Shown here: positions 36,579-50,539 of the stretch, one piece after another | Layout of the letters: each line of letters begins with the position of its first letter | Position numbering within the stretch: the stretch's first letter is position 1 | Assembly (NCBI GenBank): GCA_000004695.1 | Contig: CM000151.3 | Coordinates: 2,944,001-3,008,000 of the forward strand | Direction of reading: 5' to 3' | DNA: 64,000 bases | Source of the DNA: Dictyostelium discoideum | Lineage: Eukaryota | Made by a program: the position numbers and the translations under genes | The notes under the pieces: generated by a model | What the model saw: the letters and a program-made list of their open reading frames with translations, nothing else | Told to the model about the DNA's origin: nothing | The model's database searches: none

Positions 36579-37451
36579 CTATTCGTCTTCTTCTATTGTA
36601 GGTTCTTCCCCACCATCATCTTCAGCTACTTCATCATCTTGATTTTCTCCACCATCCTCTTCATTTTCATCATCATCACCAGCAGATTGGTTTGTCCACC
36701 AAGAAACCATACCTAAACCTGCTTCTCTCATTGACACTTTTAAGATCAAAGGAGATTTAACTTGTTTCAAAAGATTTTCATTTTCAATTTGTTTTTCTTT
36801 ATATTCTCTCAATGAATAAGAATCCATTGCTTCTGTATTTACATTTTTTGGTGATGGTGCTGGTTGTGATATCTCTGGATTAAATTCAACTTGATCAATT
36901 TTAAATCTAACCCTACCACCATCTTCAAAAAACAATTGATTTTCATTCCATTCCCAATACCATAATCCTTCTTCTTGATTACTAAAATAAATTTGAATTA
37001 AAATTAAAATTTTATTATTATTAATTATTTATTATTTATTTAATTAATTATTTAACTATTATTTATTAATTATTAATTATTAATTTTATATTTACTAATT
37101 TGATGGATTTGGTAATTCGATTGGATTTAAATAAATTTCATGAAAGAAACCAAGAGAAATTTGAATTGATTGTCTTGAAGACTTTTTTATAACACCTTCC
37201 AAAACTTCACCTTTGAAAGGTTTAAATACAACCATTCTAAAACGAACCATAAGGTGAGCACCTCCGTCACCTGAATGAACATATGAATCACCTGTTCCTA
37301 ATATATCATATAATGCTACAAATAAACCTGCATTTAATACAACTTTACTTGTATACTTCTTTTCAATTTCATCTTCAATTGTTTGTACTTCATTATTGAA
37401 TTGACTTGGTGCTATTCTAACTTTATCTTCAATCGTTATTAAATGAAACAT
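36579..37451 (-). CDS. DNA-directed RNA polymerase III subunit Rpc25/RPC8 (POLR3H, Rpb7-like), about 252 aa with an acidic C-terminal tail; complement(join(36579..36981,37096..37451))
   Basis: The N-terminus MFHLITIEDKVRIAPSQF...VVLNAGLFVALYDIL...GDGGAHLMVRFRMVVFKPFKGEVLEGVI...ISLGFFHEIYL is collinear with POLR3H/Rpb7-fold subunits, and the GLGMVSWWTNQS motif near the C-terminus is conserved. The intron (GTAAAT..TTTTAG) is phase-2 consistent (split codon tat). Confidence 0.85.
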
Positions 37452-38288
37452 TATATTGTTTCATGTATAATAAATATAGATTGAAACGAAAAAAAAAAAA
37501 AATAAAAAGAAATTGAAAAACATTTTGAAAAAAAAAATTTTCTTTTTTTTTTTTTTTTTTTTCTTTTTTTTTTTTTTTTTCTCTATTCTCAAAAATAACA
37601 ATTATTTTTATATTTTTTTTTTTTTTTTTACATTTTTTTTCATCCAATCAGAATAAAATAAAATAAAACAAAATAAAATAAAATAAAATAAAATAAAATA
37701 AAATAAAATAAAATAAAATAAAATATAAAAAAATAATTTTTTTTTTTTTTTTTACTCCATTCAAAAAAAAGGCAAAGTTATACTTAAATAAAAAAAAAAA
37801 AATAAATACACTTATCAGAGTTATTAATCCAATTGCCCGAGAATCAAAGGATTTTATTCTTTTTTATAAGATAAATCTTTTCATTCTCGGGCATTGTTGA
37901 TAGGTAGATGCTATATTAAACAGCTTTCACTAAATATTTTTTAATATTAAAAAAAAAAATAAAACAACTTTTATACATGACACAGAAATAAACATTGAAA
38001 TTTTTTAATTTTCGTTCAAGATAAATTTTAAAAATACATTTTATTCTAATAATAATTTTTACTAATATTAATTTATATTATAGGTTGATTGCCATGAAAC
38101 AAAATTAAAAAATCAAAGTTTAGTGAACTATATTTGGCTGAAAGGGGTGTCTCTGGCTGTGTCGGCTCCCGAACAAAACAAAAAAAAAAACAAAACAAAA
38201 CAAAATAAAATAAAACAAAATAAAACAAAATAAAACAAAATAAAATTTATTAAATAAACTAAAAAAAAAAATTAAACAAATAAACAAA

Positions 38289-38322
<34 letters not shown>

Positions 38323-38371
38323 AAATAAATAAATAATCGAATAATTTTATAAAGTTAATTTTTAATACTTT

Positions 38372-38819
38372 TTATTGTTTTGAAATTTCAGATTCATTAT
38401 CTTTTTGTTTATTAAATTCATCTGATTTTTTTGTATTTCTTCTTTTAATTAAAAGTACAGTGACTATAATTATAAATACAATCACTGAAAATCCAATAAT
38501 TGATATTAAGATTGGTATTAAAATATTCTTTTTCTTTACTTGATTTGGTTCAATTGGTGAGCCACCTCTTGCGATAAAACTTTGAGCATATTTTTCATTA
38601 TGATGTAATGGAATTTTAAAGTTTGTATACTTTTCATATGATAATGTATCAATATTATAAACGATTAAAACATTTGATTTATCTGAATAAAATAAACAAA
38701 ATAATTATTTTTCTATTTTAATAAAATTTATTGGTTATAAAATTTTTTATCATACAAAGCATGAGTGAATAGTATTTTATACACAATTTATTATTCCAAT
38801 AAATTAAGGTTGAAACCAT
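38372..38819 (-). CDS. small single-pass membrane protein of about 124 aa, two exons, not present in the ORF track; complement(join(38372..38682,38756..38819))
   Basis: Exon 1 is ATG..MVSTLIYWNNKLCIKYYSLML, then a GTATGA donor. The 73-nt intron ends TTTTATTCAG. Exon 2 is a 103-codon open frame with a TM segment ILIPILISIIGFSVIVFIIIVTVLLI and a basic tail KRRNTKKSDEFNKQKDNESEISKQ*. Codon composition (GC-containing codons) is unlike the flanking AT-only spacer. Confidence 0.45.
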
Positions 38820-38880
38820 TTTTTTTTTTTTTTTTTTTTTATTCACACTTTTTTTTTTTTTTTTTCTTTTTAAAAAATAA

Positions 38881-39756
38881 TTATATTTTATAATTATTTA
38901 ATTTTTTATGATTAAATACAGGTATGTTTTCTCTACAAGTTGAAATGTAATCGAGATCTATATCAACAAAAGCGATATCATTTAGGTTATCAGGTAAATC
39001 ATGTAAGACCTTACCCCAAGGATCAATGATCATTGAATGGCCATAGGAAGATCTTTTAGAATGATGATCACCAGTTTGAGCAGCAGCGATGACATAAGTT
39101 TGATTTTCAATTGCTCTTGCTTGAAGTAATGGTTTCCAATGTGCTTCACCAGTACTCTTCATAAATGCACTTGGTACCAATAGAATTTGAGCATCCATTC
39201 TTCTTAGACTTAGATAAAGTTCTGGAAAACGTAAATCATAACAAATTGATAAACCAAGTTTACCAACTGGTGAATCACAAACCACTAAATCATTACCACC
39301 TTTAACAACTTTACTTTCATTCATTTTAACACCCTTTGATGGAATATCGACATCAAATAAATGCATCTTTCTATACTCGCAAACTATTACACCATTTGAA
39401 TCAATGATTAAATGAGTATTGTAGATCATATCATTTGGATCATCCAATATCTTTTCATGAAATCCACCTAATGATAACCAAATATTATTTTGCTTTGCTA
39501 AATCTTTATATCTTTCAATGATTCCTCCTTTTTGATCTAAATACTCTGCATTATCTCTTGATTCAAATTGATGAATTCCACCACTTATAAATGCAAAACA
39601 TTCTGGTAAACAAAATAAATTCACTTTATTTTCAACAGCTTTCTCTATCATTTCTTTACATTTTCTAAAATTATCCTCTTTATTATTGGTACTTGTAATT
39701 TGACCTAATCCAATCCTTTTTAATTTATTCATTAATATTTTTGAATTTCTAATCAT
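38881..39756 (-). CDS. nit1: nitrilase-family protein Nit1-like (carbon-nitrogen hydrolase), 291 aa, single exon
   Basis: The CN-hydrolase catalytic triad contexts are present: LPECF (Glu), RKMHLFD (Lys) and LSICYDLRFPE (Cys). It is collinear with Nit1/Nit2 family proteins and is ATG to TAA with no intron. Confidence 0.85.
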   Translation of the reverse strand: MIRNSKILMNKLKRIGLGQITSTNNKEDNFRKCKEMIEKAVENKVNLFCLPECFAFISGGIHQFESRDNAEYLDQKGGIIERYKDLAKQNNIWLSLGGFHEKILDDPNDMIYNTHLIIDSNGVIVCEYRKMHLFDVDIPSKGVKMNESKVVKGGNDLVVCDSPVGKLGLSICYDLRFPELYLSLRRMDAQILLVPSAFMKSTGEAHWKPLLQARAIENQTYVIAAAQTGDHHSKRSSYGHSMIIDPWGKVLHDLPDNLNDIAFVDIDLDYISTCRENIPVFNHKKLNNYKI

Positions 39757-40112
39757 GATATTTAATTATAAAAATTGAAAATAAAAATAAAAAAAAAAAA
39801 TAAAAAAATAAAAAAAAAATTGAAAAATAAATTAAAATGTTGGTTTGTTTAAAAATTATAATTTGGTATTAAAAAAAAAAATGGATTTATTTTCAAAAAG
39901 AGATTCCATTTTATAATAGCTTTCCAAGAAATAATCCAGATTTCCAAAACATTTTTTTTTTTTTTTTAATAAATATGGATAAATAAGGAAAACAAATGGA
40001 AATAGTTTATTGTGACATTTTATTTTATTTTATTTTTTTTAATCAATTCAGATAATAAGTATTTGGATATTTGTAAATACCATTAGCATATTGTTAGGAT
40101 ATCTTAATTTTC

Positions 40113-41640
40113 TTACAATTGTTGTACGAAATTAGATGGGAAGAAACCTTGTTCACCTGTTGGTAAAGATCCCTATAAAAATAAAAATAAAAATAAAATT
40201 AGCTACTATTATTGACTAATTGATTGATTAATTAATCAATTAATTAATACTTACTTGCCACCAACCATCTGGATCACTTTGATCTAAAATTGTAATGATA
40301 TCACCTTCTCTGAAAGAAAGATCACCATCATTTTCACCATTATAATCGTAAAGTGCTTTAGCTTGAAGATAACCACTTTGATCGTATTGCTCTTCAGCTG
40401 GCTGTTCATATTGTTGTTGTTCTTCTTGATAATATTGTTGATCTTCAGTTGGTTGTTCGTATTGTTGTTGCTCTTCTTGATAATATTGTTGTTCTTCGGT
40501 TGGTTGTTCTTCATATTGTTGTTGTTCTTCTTGATAATATTGTTGTTCTTCAGTTGGTTGTTCTTCGTATTGTTGTTGTGGTTCTTCTTGATAATATTGT
40601 TGTTCTTCAGTTGGTTGCTCTTCATATTGTTGTTGTTGTTCTTCTTCATATTGTGGTTCTTCATATTGTGGTTCTTCATGAACTGGTTCTTGATAAACTG
40701 GTTGGACTGGTGCAGCTGGTTTATTTACACGTGATGGTACTGGAGCAGCTGGACGTGATGGAGCTGGTGGTTCTTGTTGTTGTTGAGTTGCAGCTGGGAA
40801 ACGATTTAAAACACTTCCTTTTGAAGGAGCAGGTCTTGGTTGTGGTGGAGCAGTTTCAGTTGGTTTTGAAACTTGTTCTTGGAATTTATTACCAACAGTA
40901 CGAGATGGTGGTGGAGCATTAACTCTTGATGCTTGTTGTTGCTGTTGTTGTTGTTGTTGTTTTTGTTTCTCTGCTTGTTGTTGTTTCCAATAGTCATCTC
41001 TTTCGGTGGATAAATTATATTCTGGACGAGTTGGTTTGGCTGGTTCAGATTTATTTGCTTGATTTTGTTTCCAATATTCTGCAGATTCTTGAATTTTGTT
41101 ATAATCGTTTTTGTTGATGACATTTTTAACCTCAGCATTTGATTTGGTTGCAGCTTCTCTACCTTGACTAACCGATTGTGGAATGAAGGTACCTTTGGTA
41201 GCACCTTGTACCTTTGAACCACTATCGTATGAGGCACCAGTTGCTTTGTTCAATGCAGCGGTGATTGCTTTCTCGTCGATATCTTCCTCTGAACGAGCGT
41301 TAACTTGATGATGAATTGGTTTGAAAGATTTTGAAAATTCGATTGCGTGTCCACTGAAAGCGCCTTTGATTGGTCCGTTTACACCATCACCACACCATGG
41401 AATGTATACAAACTTTGGCATATTATTAATAACAAAACGAATATAAGCAAAACGAATACTTGAATCATCTAATTCCTCTCTCAACTCTTTCAAATCACCT
41501 GATCCACTATCACAAAATTTAATTTTGTTATTTGATTTTGGTACATATGAAAAAACAATCCAACGATTTGCTGGATTACCATCTTGAACTAATTTAATAT
41601 ATTTTGTAATATCTGGATCACTAATATCTAATGATGCCAT
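40113..41640 (-). CDS. abpE: actin-binding protein Abp1 (drebrin-like; N-terminal ADF-H domain, Pro/Gln-rich linker with YEE(Q)QPTEEQQYYQEE repeats, C-terminal SH3), 481 aa; complement(join(40113..40172,40255..41640))
   Basis: The ADF-H domain reads ...NRWIVFSYVPKSNNKIKF...KFVYIPWCGDGVNGPIKGAFSGHA. The SH3 domain ALYDYNGENDGDLSFREGDIITILDQSDPDGWWQ is split by an 82-nt intron (GTAAGT..TTTTATAG), and a 60-nt terminal exon encodes GSLPTGEQGFFPSNFVQQL*. Confidence 0.85.
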
Positions 41641-41942
41641 CTTCTATGTTTTTCTAATTTATCTCTTTTAAATATATAATACAACAATTTTAAATTAAAT
41701 CAAAAAAAAAAAAAAAAAAAAAAAAATTAAAAATTAAAAAAAAAAAATTAAAAAAAAAAAAAAAAAAAATTAAAAAAAAAAAAAAATATAAAAAAAAAAA
41801 TTATAAAAAAAAAAAAAGATATTTTTTTTAAAAAAAAAAAGACACCTGTGTTTATTCTGAAATTGTCTCCATATTTGTTTTGGTTCAAAGAATAATATTT
41901 GTTGGTTGTGTTGATAAAGGTAAAGTATTTGGATAATATTTA

Positions 41943-41976
<34 letters not shown>

Positions 41977-42239
41977 CTTTTTAAAATTTAAAATTTTCCC
42001 CAATGAATAACTAAATCAAACTTTAATTTTGGTTTAAACATTTTTCCTAAAAAATAAATAAATTAAAAAAAAAAATCTCTGCCATAGCATTTATCTTTTT
42101 TTTTTTTTTTTTGCCAACATAATATTATGTGTTTTGAAACACTTTTTTTTTTTTATTTTCACTTTTTTTTTACAATCTTATTTTTTAACTAAAAAATCTT
42201 TTTATTTTTTAAATTTTATTTTTATTTTATTTTTATTTT

Positions 42240-42291
<52 letters not shown>

Positions 42292-42447
42292 AGCCGAGTC
42301 ATTTGGCTTAATTTTTTGATTCATTTTTTTTTTTTTTTTTTTTTTAAAATTGATAAATTAGTCAATATCATTGGATCAATAATAATATTGATTTAATTTT
42401 TTTTTTTTTGATAAAAAAAAAAAAAAAAAATTTGGAAAAAAAAAAAG

Positions 42448-43269
42448 ATGTTTAGCAAATTAATAACCCCACAAATAAAAAATTATAAAAATTTTTCAAA
42501 ATTTTCAATATTTTCACTTTCAAACACATCATCACTCTTGAATAAAAGTAATAAAAATATTAATTTTATCAAATATAATATTGCAACAAAAGATTATCAA
42601 CTTTCTAAAACAATTATAAATGATCAATTTACATTAATAAATAATAATAGATATTATTCAATCAGAAAAAGTATGGCCACATTATCATCATCGTCTTCGT
42701 CATCATCACCAACAACACCACCAACACCACCAACACCATCATCACCATCATCAATGAAAACAGAAGTTGTTTCATCAATATCAAATACAACAACAGTGGA
42801 AAATAATAATAATAATAATAATTCAACATCAGAACCAACAATCAATCCAATTTTTAATAATAATGAAAATAATAAAACTCTTTTCGATAAAATTATGAAG
42901 AATACATATGAATATCCAAGATTTAGTAAACAATGGTGGACAGAAAAAGCATACATTTTCATAGTCTTTGGTATTACAGGTACTTCATCACTTCATGTAG
43001 TTAAATTTTTATTGAAATATTTAATTGGTTATCAAAATCCAGTTAGTCCATTCCGGGGAGGTTTGGAATTAATTCAAAATGATCCAAAATATGTAATAGT
43101 TTATTTTTTAACAATGTATACAGTTTATCCTTTCATTCTCATTTCATATGGAACTTTATTTGGAAGATTTCAATACTTTATCAAACTCTTTAATAGAATG
43201 TCAATTTTCTCTCAATTAAAAAGATTATTCTTAAAATTTTCAAAAAAATCTTCAAATAAAAAAGAATAA
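42448..43269 (+). CDS. mitochondrial-type protein with a C-terminal DUF1279/FAM210-like domain, 273 aa, single exon
   Basis: ATG..TAA ORF. The N-terminus is basic/hydroxylated (MFSKLITPQIKNYKNFSKFS...), there is a poly-S/PT linker, and the C-terminus WWTEKAYIFIVFGITGTSSLHVVKFLLKYLIGY...YGTLFGRFQY resembles DUF1279. Confidence 0.55.
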   Translation: MFSKLITPQIKNYKNFSKFSIFSLSNTSSLLNKSNKNINFIKYNIATKDYQLSKTIINDQFTLINNNRYYSIRKSMATLSSSSSSSSPTTPPTPPTPSSPSSMKTEVVSSISNTTTVENNNNNNNSTSEPTINPIFNNNENNKTLFDKIMKNTYEYPRFSKQWWTEKAYIFIVFGITGTSSLHVVKFLLKYLIGYQNPVSPFRGGLELIQNDPKYVIVYFLTMYTVYPFILISYGTLFGRFQYFIKLFNRMSIFSQLKRLFLKFSKKSSNKKE

Positions 43270-43292
43270 TATATTTTTTTTTCTTTTAAAAT

Positions 43293-43300
<8 letters not shown>

Positions 43301-43372
<72 letters not shown>

Positions 43373-43560
43373 TATAATAATTATACTAATAAAAATAATA
43401 AACAAATTTAGTAAATATTTTATTATTTGAGGGTTTCTTTCATTTCCAACAATCTTTTTATTATTTGAGGCTTTCTTTCATTTCCAACAATCTTTTTTTA
43501 ATTTTTTAAAAATTTAGTAAATATTTTATTATTTGAGGGTTTCTTTATATTTTCTGACTT
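43301..43560. repeat. (AAT)n followed by tandem copies of about 40 bp (TTATTTGAGGGTTTCTTTCATTTCCAACAATCTTTTT) and flanking partial copies
   Basis: (AAT)n at 43301-43378. Repeat copies at 43416-43455, 43456-43497 and 43527-43550, and related TTCCCAACAATG at 43733-43745. An (AT)n run at 43905-43950 lies nearby. Confidence 0.7.
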
Positions 43561-43904
43561 TTTTTTTTTTTCATTTTTCCCAAAGTCCACAATGATTTGG
43601 TAAGGGGAACTACAAAAAAATTAAAAAATAAAAGAAAAATAAAAAAAAGAAGCGACCAACGAACTGCATAAAATTTCACCACTCTAATGCTGAAATTTTT
43701 TTATATCCCGCCAACCTTATGATTTGGTGTTTCATTCCCAACAATGTTTTTTTTTTTTTTATTTTTTTTATTTTTTTTATTTTTTTTATTTTCCCACAGC
43801 AAAAAATAAAAAAAACATAAAATTAAGACATCTCATTTCCGTATTTTTTTTTTTTTTTATTAAATAAATAATAACAAACGGGTAATAATAGATTTCGAAT
43901 ATTT

Positions 43905-43959
<55 letters not shown>

Positions 43960-44289
43960 TCATTTATTTATCTCCCTTAACTAATTATTTTAATTTTTTT
44001 TTTTTTTTTTTCCCACACCAATTAATTTTTATTTTTTTTTATTTTTTTATTTATTTATTTTTTTCAAATAAATAAAATTTCAATTATTCACTTTTTCTTC
44101 ATTTTTATTATTTATTTTTTTATTAATTCATAACCAAAAAAAAAAAAAAAAAAAAAAAAAACAATAAACAATTTTAAGACACACCTTATTTTCATTTTTT
44201 TATTTTTTTTTTATTTTTTTATTATTTTATTTTTTTTATTTTTTTTTTATATGAAAATTCATATAAATAATTATAAATAGATTTATACA

Positions 44290-45955
<1,666 letters not shown>

Positions 45956-46158
45956 ATTACAAATTTAATTAAATTACAAATTTTACAAATTAATAAAAAA
46001 TTTTTTATATTTTTATTTTCATATTTTCATTTTTTTATCGCGTTACTTTTTTTTTGAAACTAATTTTCATATTTTCATTTTTTTTTTTTTACTTTTTTTT
46101 TTTTTTTTTTTTTTTCACCCCAATAAAAGATATTTATTATAGAATTTTTTTTAAAATT

Positions 46159-47404
46159 ATGAGTTCTTTTGATGCAAGTCCTAAAATTTATACCCCAAGT
46201 GAGATTAAAAGCCATTACGAGGTAAGAAATTAAGTGTATTTTTGTTTTTTTTTTTTTTGTTTTTTCTTTTTTGTTTTTTTTTATTTTTTTTTTACACACA
46301 TTTACCAATTTACTAACAAAAAAAAAATAATAAAAAAAAAAAAAAAAAATGAAAATAATAAAGGAATTTTGTCAAAGTATAAAACAAAGGCATGCATTTA
46401 TATATTGTGGTTCAAAGAGTGAATTTTGTATTAATAGTGCCCTTGAATTTTCAAGGATATTAAAAAAAGATTGTCATTTCAATTGTAAAATAATTGTAAA
46501 TCAATCAAGTTTAATAAATGAATTTGAAAAATATTTAGAAAATTCTTTTAAAGATGTTTCATATTTAGATTTTATTTTTTATTATATTGGTGAATCTCAA
46601 CATAATAAAAATAATAATAATAATTCAATTGAATTTATAATTGAAAATCCAAATCGAGAACAATGTAGTTTTAATAAAATTATAGATTTAATTGATAAAA
46701 AAGAAAAAGATTTACGTATGTTATTAATAAATAAATAAACAAAAAAAATTACAATTATTAAATAATATAATTTTATTAATACTTTATTTTTTGAAAAAAA
46801 AAAAAAAAAAAAAAAAACAAAATAGAATCATCTTTATTAAAACATGAATGTTATATAACTTTTAGAAAACTTTATATATTAGATTTAAATACAAGTAATG
46901 ATGGTATTAATCCTATTGAATCATTATCTCGTTTATTTAAAAATCAACAACAAGAGTTTTATACACCAAAAATGGGTTTTAGTAAGTTTTAAAAATTATA
47001 TCTAATACCTTTGGAAATTTATTATTATTTTATTTATTAATATATATATATTTTCAGATAGTGGAATTTTATATTCACCAATTATTGGAGATCATTCAAT
47101 CCGAGTTTTAAATCAAATGGAATTATCATCTTTTACATCAATTCTTATTGAAAGAATAACTAGTAAATCATCACTTGGTAGAAGATTATTAGATGTTGCT
47201 GATGTAATGGAGTATGAACTCTTTGAGAAATTCATTGAAACTCATTGTACAAACATTCATATCTATCAAGAATTAAATAATCTTTTCAAAGTTGATTTGG
47301 ATATGGAATCAAATTTAAAAAATAAATTTGAAATACTTTTTCTATCAAGTGCTCAAATTGCTTCATTTATTTTCGTTGAAAGAAAATTAAATCAAGAAAC
47401 ATAA
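46159..47404 (+). CDS. hypothetical protein of about 305 aa; join(46159..46221,46364..46715,46826..46981,47058..47404)
   Basis: Four exons joined by GTAAGA/GTATGT/GTAAGT donors and AG acceptors in consistent phase. Intron 1 contains a TACTAAC branch-like motif. I could not assign a family. Confidence 0.55.
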
Positions 47405-48271
47405 TCAAAACAAAATGATATTTTAATTTTTTATTTTTGAAAAATTAAATGTATAAAAAAAATATAAAATAAAAAGAGATATGTATTAATAATTTATTTT
47501 TTTTTATTTTTTTTATTTATTTTATTTTTTTTTTTATTTTTTATTTTTCATTTGTCGGAATGTAAAATAAGAAAAGATCTGATTTTACTGAAAATTTGGT
47601 ATTTTTGTTTTAAAGAGTGAGAAAAAAAAAAACAGATTTCAGTTAAAAAAAAAAAAATTTTTTTTTCTATTTTTTTTTCTTTTTTTCTTTTTTTTTTTTT
47701 ACGTTCTAAAAAACCAACGATTAAGATTTGCAGTATTTTTGAATTTTTTCACCCAAAGAACAGAGTTAATCACAATTTTTTTCATTTTTTTTTATTTTTA
47801 TTTTATTTTTTTTTTTATTTTTTTTTTTTATTGTTTTTAAAAAACCAAGAAAAGATTTTTAATTTTTTTTTTTATTTTTTTTTTATAAATTTCATTTTTT
47901 TTTTTTTCTTTTTAAATTTTTTATATAAAACAAACCACATCACGCATTGTACTTAATATATTGTAATATTATTTGATTATAAATATTACTTTTTTTTTTC
48001 ATTTTTTTTATTTTATTTTTTTTCCATATAGAAACATATACAATCTTTATTCAAATAAATAAAATAAATAAAATATAAATATACAAATAAATAAATTAAT
48101 TTATAAATAAATATACAAATAATATACAAATAATAAATAAATATACAAATAAATAAAAAAATAAAAATAAGAATAAAAATAAAAATATAAATAAATATAT
48201 ATAAATATAAATAAATAAATATAAATATAAATATAAATATAAATATAAATATAAATATAAATAATATTAAA

Positions 48272-49729
48272 ATGGATAAAAAAATAAATTTAGATTATTT
48301 AATTGATGATATTATTGTAAATTCAGATGATTTAACACCATTTCAATGTCAAATTTGTTTTAATAGTGTCATTGATTTTAAAAAAGAAACCTTATCATTT
48401 GATGTTTTACAATGTAGAAATGGTCATATTTCTTGTCACGAATGGTATGTAGTAGTATTTTATTTTTTTATTTTTTTTTTAATAAGATAAAATAAAATAA
48501 AATAAAATAAAATAAAATAAAATTATTAATTATTAATTTTATTTTAAAGTTGGAATCGTCAATTATCAATTAAACAAGAATGTCCAAGTTGTAAAGTTAA
48601 AACTTTACCAAGTGAATTATCTCGTAATATATTTTTAGAGAATGCATTTCGTGCATTAAAAGTGATATGTCCAAATAAATTTAAAGAAAGTAAATTTCAA
48701 GGAGAGGCAGTTCATTGTGAGAATGGATGTCCAGAGATTTTAAAGGTAGAATTATTGGAGCATCATTTGAAAGAATGTCAATATCAATTTATAAAGTGTC
48801 CAAACAATTCAAACAAATGTAAATATATTATTAGAAAGAATCAAATTGAACATCACAATCAATCGGTATGCGATTACTCTTTGATTCAATGCGAGAAATG
48901 TTCAGAATTAATAGAGAGAAAGAAATTAAATAAACATATCGAGAGTGAATGTGACACTCTTATGATCACATGTAGTAAATGTTCAGCATCCATTGGTAAA
49001 AAATTAATGAATCATCATTTAGAAACCGATTGTCCAATGGAGGAGATTTCATGTCTCTACAAAGCAGGTGGTTGTAATAAAAGATTCCTTCGTTCACAAC
49101 TTTCTCAACATTTATCTGAAAATAATAATCATATCTTTTATATTCAAAATGTTATGGATTTACATAAACTTCAATTGGATGAATGTAATCAAGATTATAG
49201 AAAATTAGAAAAACAAAATAGAGATTTGGAAAAAAGATTATTTTATTTAGAGAGTACTGTAAATTCAACTGTAATAAATAGTAAACCACATGAATGTGGT
49301 GGTGGTGGTGGTGGTGGCAGTGGTAATAATGTTTATAAAGGGAAATGGGTAATCAATAATTGGGATCGTAAATTACGTGAATATCCAATATCAAAGAGTT
49401 TAAATAGTCCATTCTTTCAAATTGGTTCTTCTAAATTCTTTATCATGCTCTACCCAAATGGTAACAATGAGGTTAAAGGTTTTCTAAGTATTTTCCTCTA
49501 TAAAATTTATGATCGTCCATCACTTGTAAAATATAGTTTAGAAGCTAAAAATATTGACCCCACTAAAAATTATAAAAATACTCATACAAATAATTTCATC
49601 AATAACAATGGTAATGGTTGGTTCAAATGGATTGAAAATAAAAGTCAAAATGGTTTCTTTTCAAATAATTCTTTAACAATTAGTATTAGTATTAAAATTA
49701 TTCAAGATCATTCATTAGTTACTGAATAA
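48272..49729 (+). CDS. TRAF-like protein (N-terminal RING, TRAF-type zinc fingers, coiled coil, C-terminal MATH domain), about 450 aa; join(48272..48444,48550..49729)
   Basis: The RING CQICFNSV...CRNGHISCHEC|WNRQLSIKQECPSC is rebuilt across a 105-nt GTATGT..AAAG intron (split codon tgt). There are repeated C/H TRAF zinc-finger units, a coiled coil (LEKQNRDLEKRLFYLE) and a MATH-like C-terminus. Confidence 0.85.
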
Positions 49730-50084
49730 TTTTGATAAAAATAAAATAATAAAAATTTATAAAAAAAAAAAAGAAATATAATTCAAATATTTAATTTAAT
49801 TAATAAATAATAATAGTTTTTTTTTTTTTTTTTTTTTTTAAAAAAAAAACAAAGTATTTTTTTAACCTTTTTTGGGAATGTTTTAACAAAACATTTAATT
49901 TAATATAATTTTAATAGAATAAACATTAATAATTAAAATAGATTATTTAATCTTATAACAATATATTTTAGTTGATCTTGTTACAAACATTGTCATTAAA
50001 GTTTATAAAAAAAAAGAAAAAAAATGCAACAAATATATAATGCTTAATTATTGATCAAATTCTCCGTTTTCTATATATAAAATT

Positions 50085-50390
50085 GATAATGATGGAAATG
50101 GTTCATCAGTTGATGCTGCTATTGGAAATATTACTACTGGACAATTTTTATTATGTTAAATTACATTATTTTGTGTCCTTTACAAGTGTTGGTGACATAT
50201 TATATCTGCGTATTAGTTTTGTTGTGAAGTATATGGGTTTTACAAACTTTTGTGATACTAAAACAGATTCATCAACTCTGTTCTCCTTTATATTATGTGT
50301 GTTTCCATTAATTGCTGCTATAGTGTTATGTATTAATTCTTCACCGCCACATTTATCCAATAAACTATTAGATTTTTGGAATTTGAAAAA
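50085..50390 (-). pseudogene. rearranged GldA-family (glycerol dehydrogenase) gene fragments: a C-terminal-type piece (50170-50390) placed next to a piece from the start of exon 2 (50085-50165)
   Basis: Nucleotides 50100-50160 (tcatcagttgatgctgctattggaaatattactactggaca) closely match the intact gene at 55927-55977. The minus-strand translation of 50170-50360 (...CGGEELIHNTIAAINGNTHNIKENRVDESVL...) is homologous to the GldA C-terminus (like E. coli [30 protein letters not shown]). There is no complete ORF or start. Confidence 0.7.
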
Positions 50391-50486
50391 AAAAAAAAAA
50401 AATAAATTTCTAAAAATTTAATGAGATTGACAATGTCGTAGTTTAAAAAAATATATAAAAAATTAAAAAGATTTTTGAATTGTTCA

Positions 50487-50539
<53 letters not shown>

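Noticed and set aside
40284-41237. Several ORFs in other frames or strands over abpE (poly-N/K, poly-L/V)
   Set aside because: They are frame-shifted or antisense translations of the Gln/Glu-rich linker repeats of Abp1.
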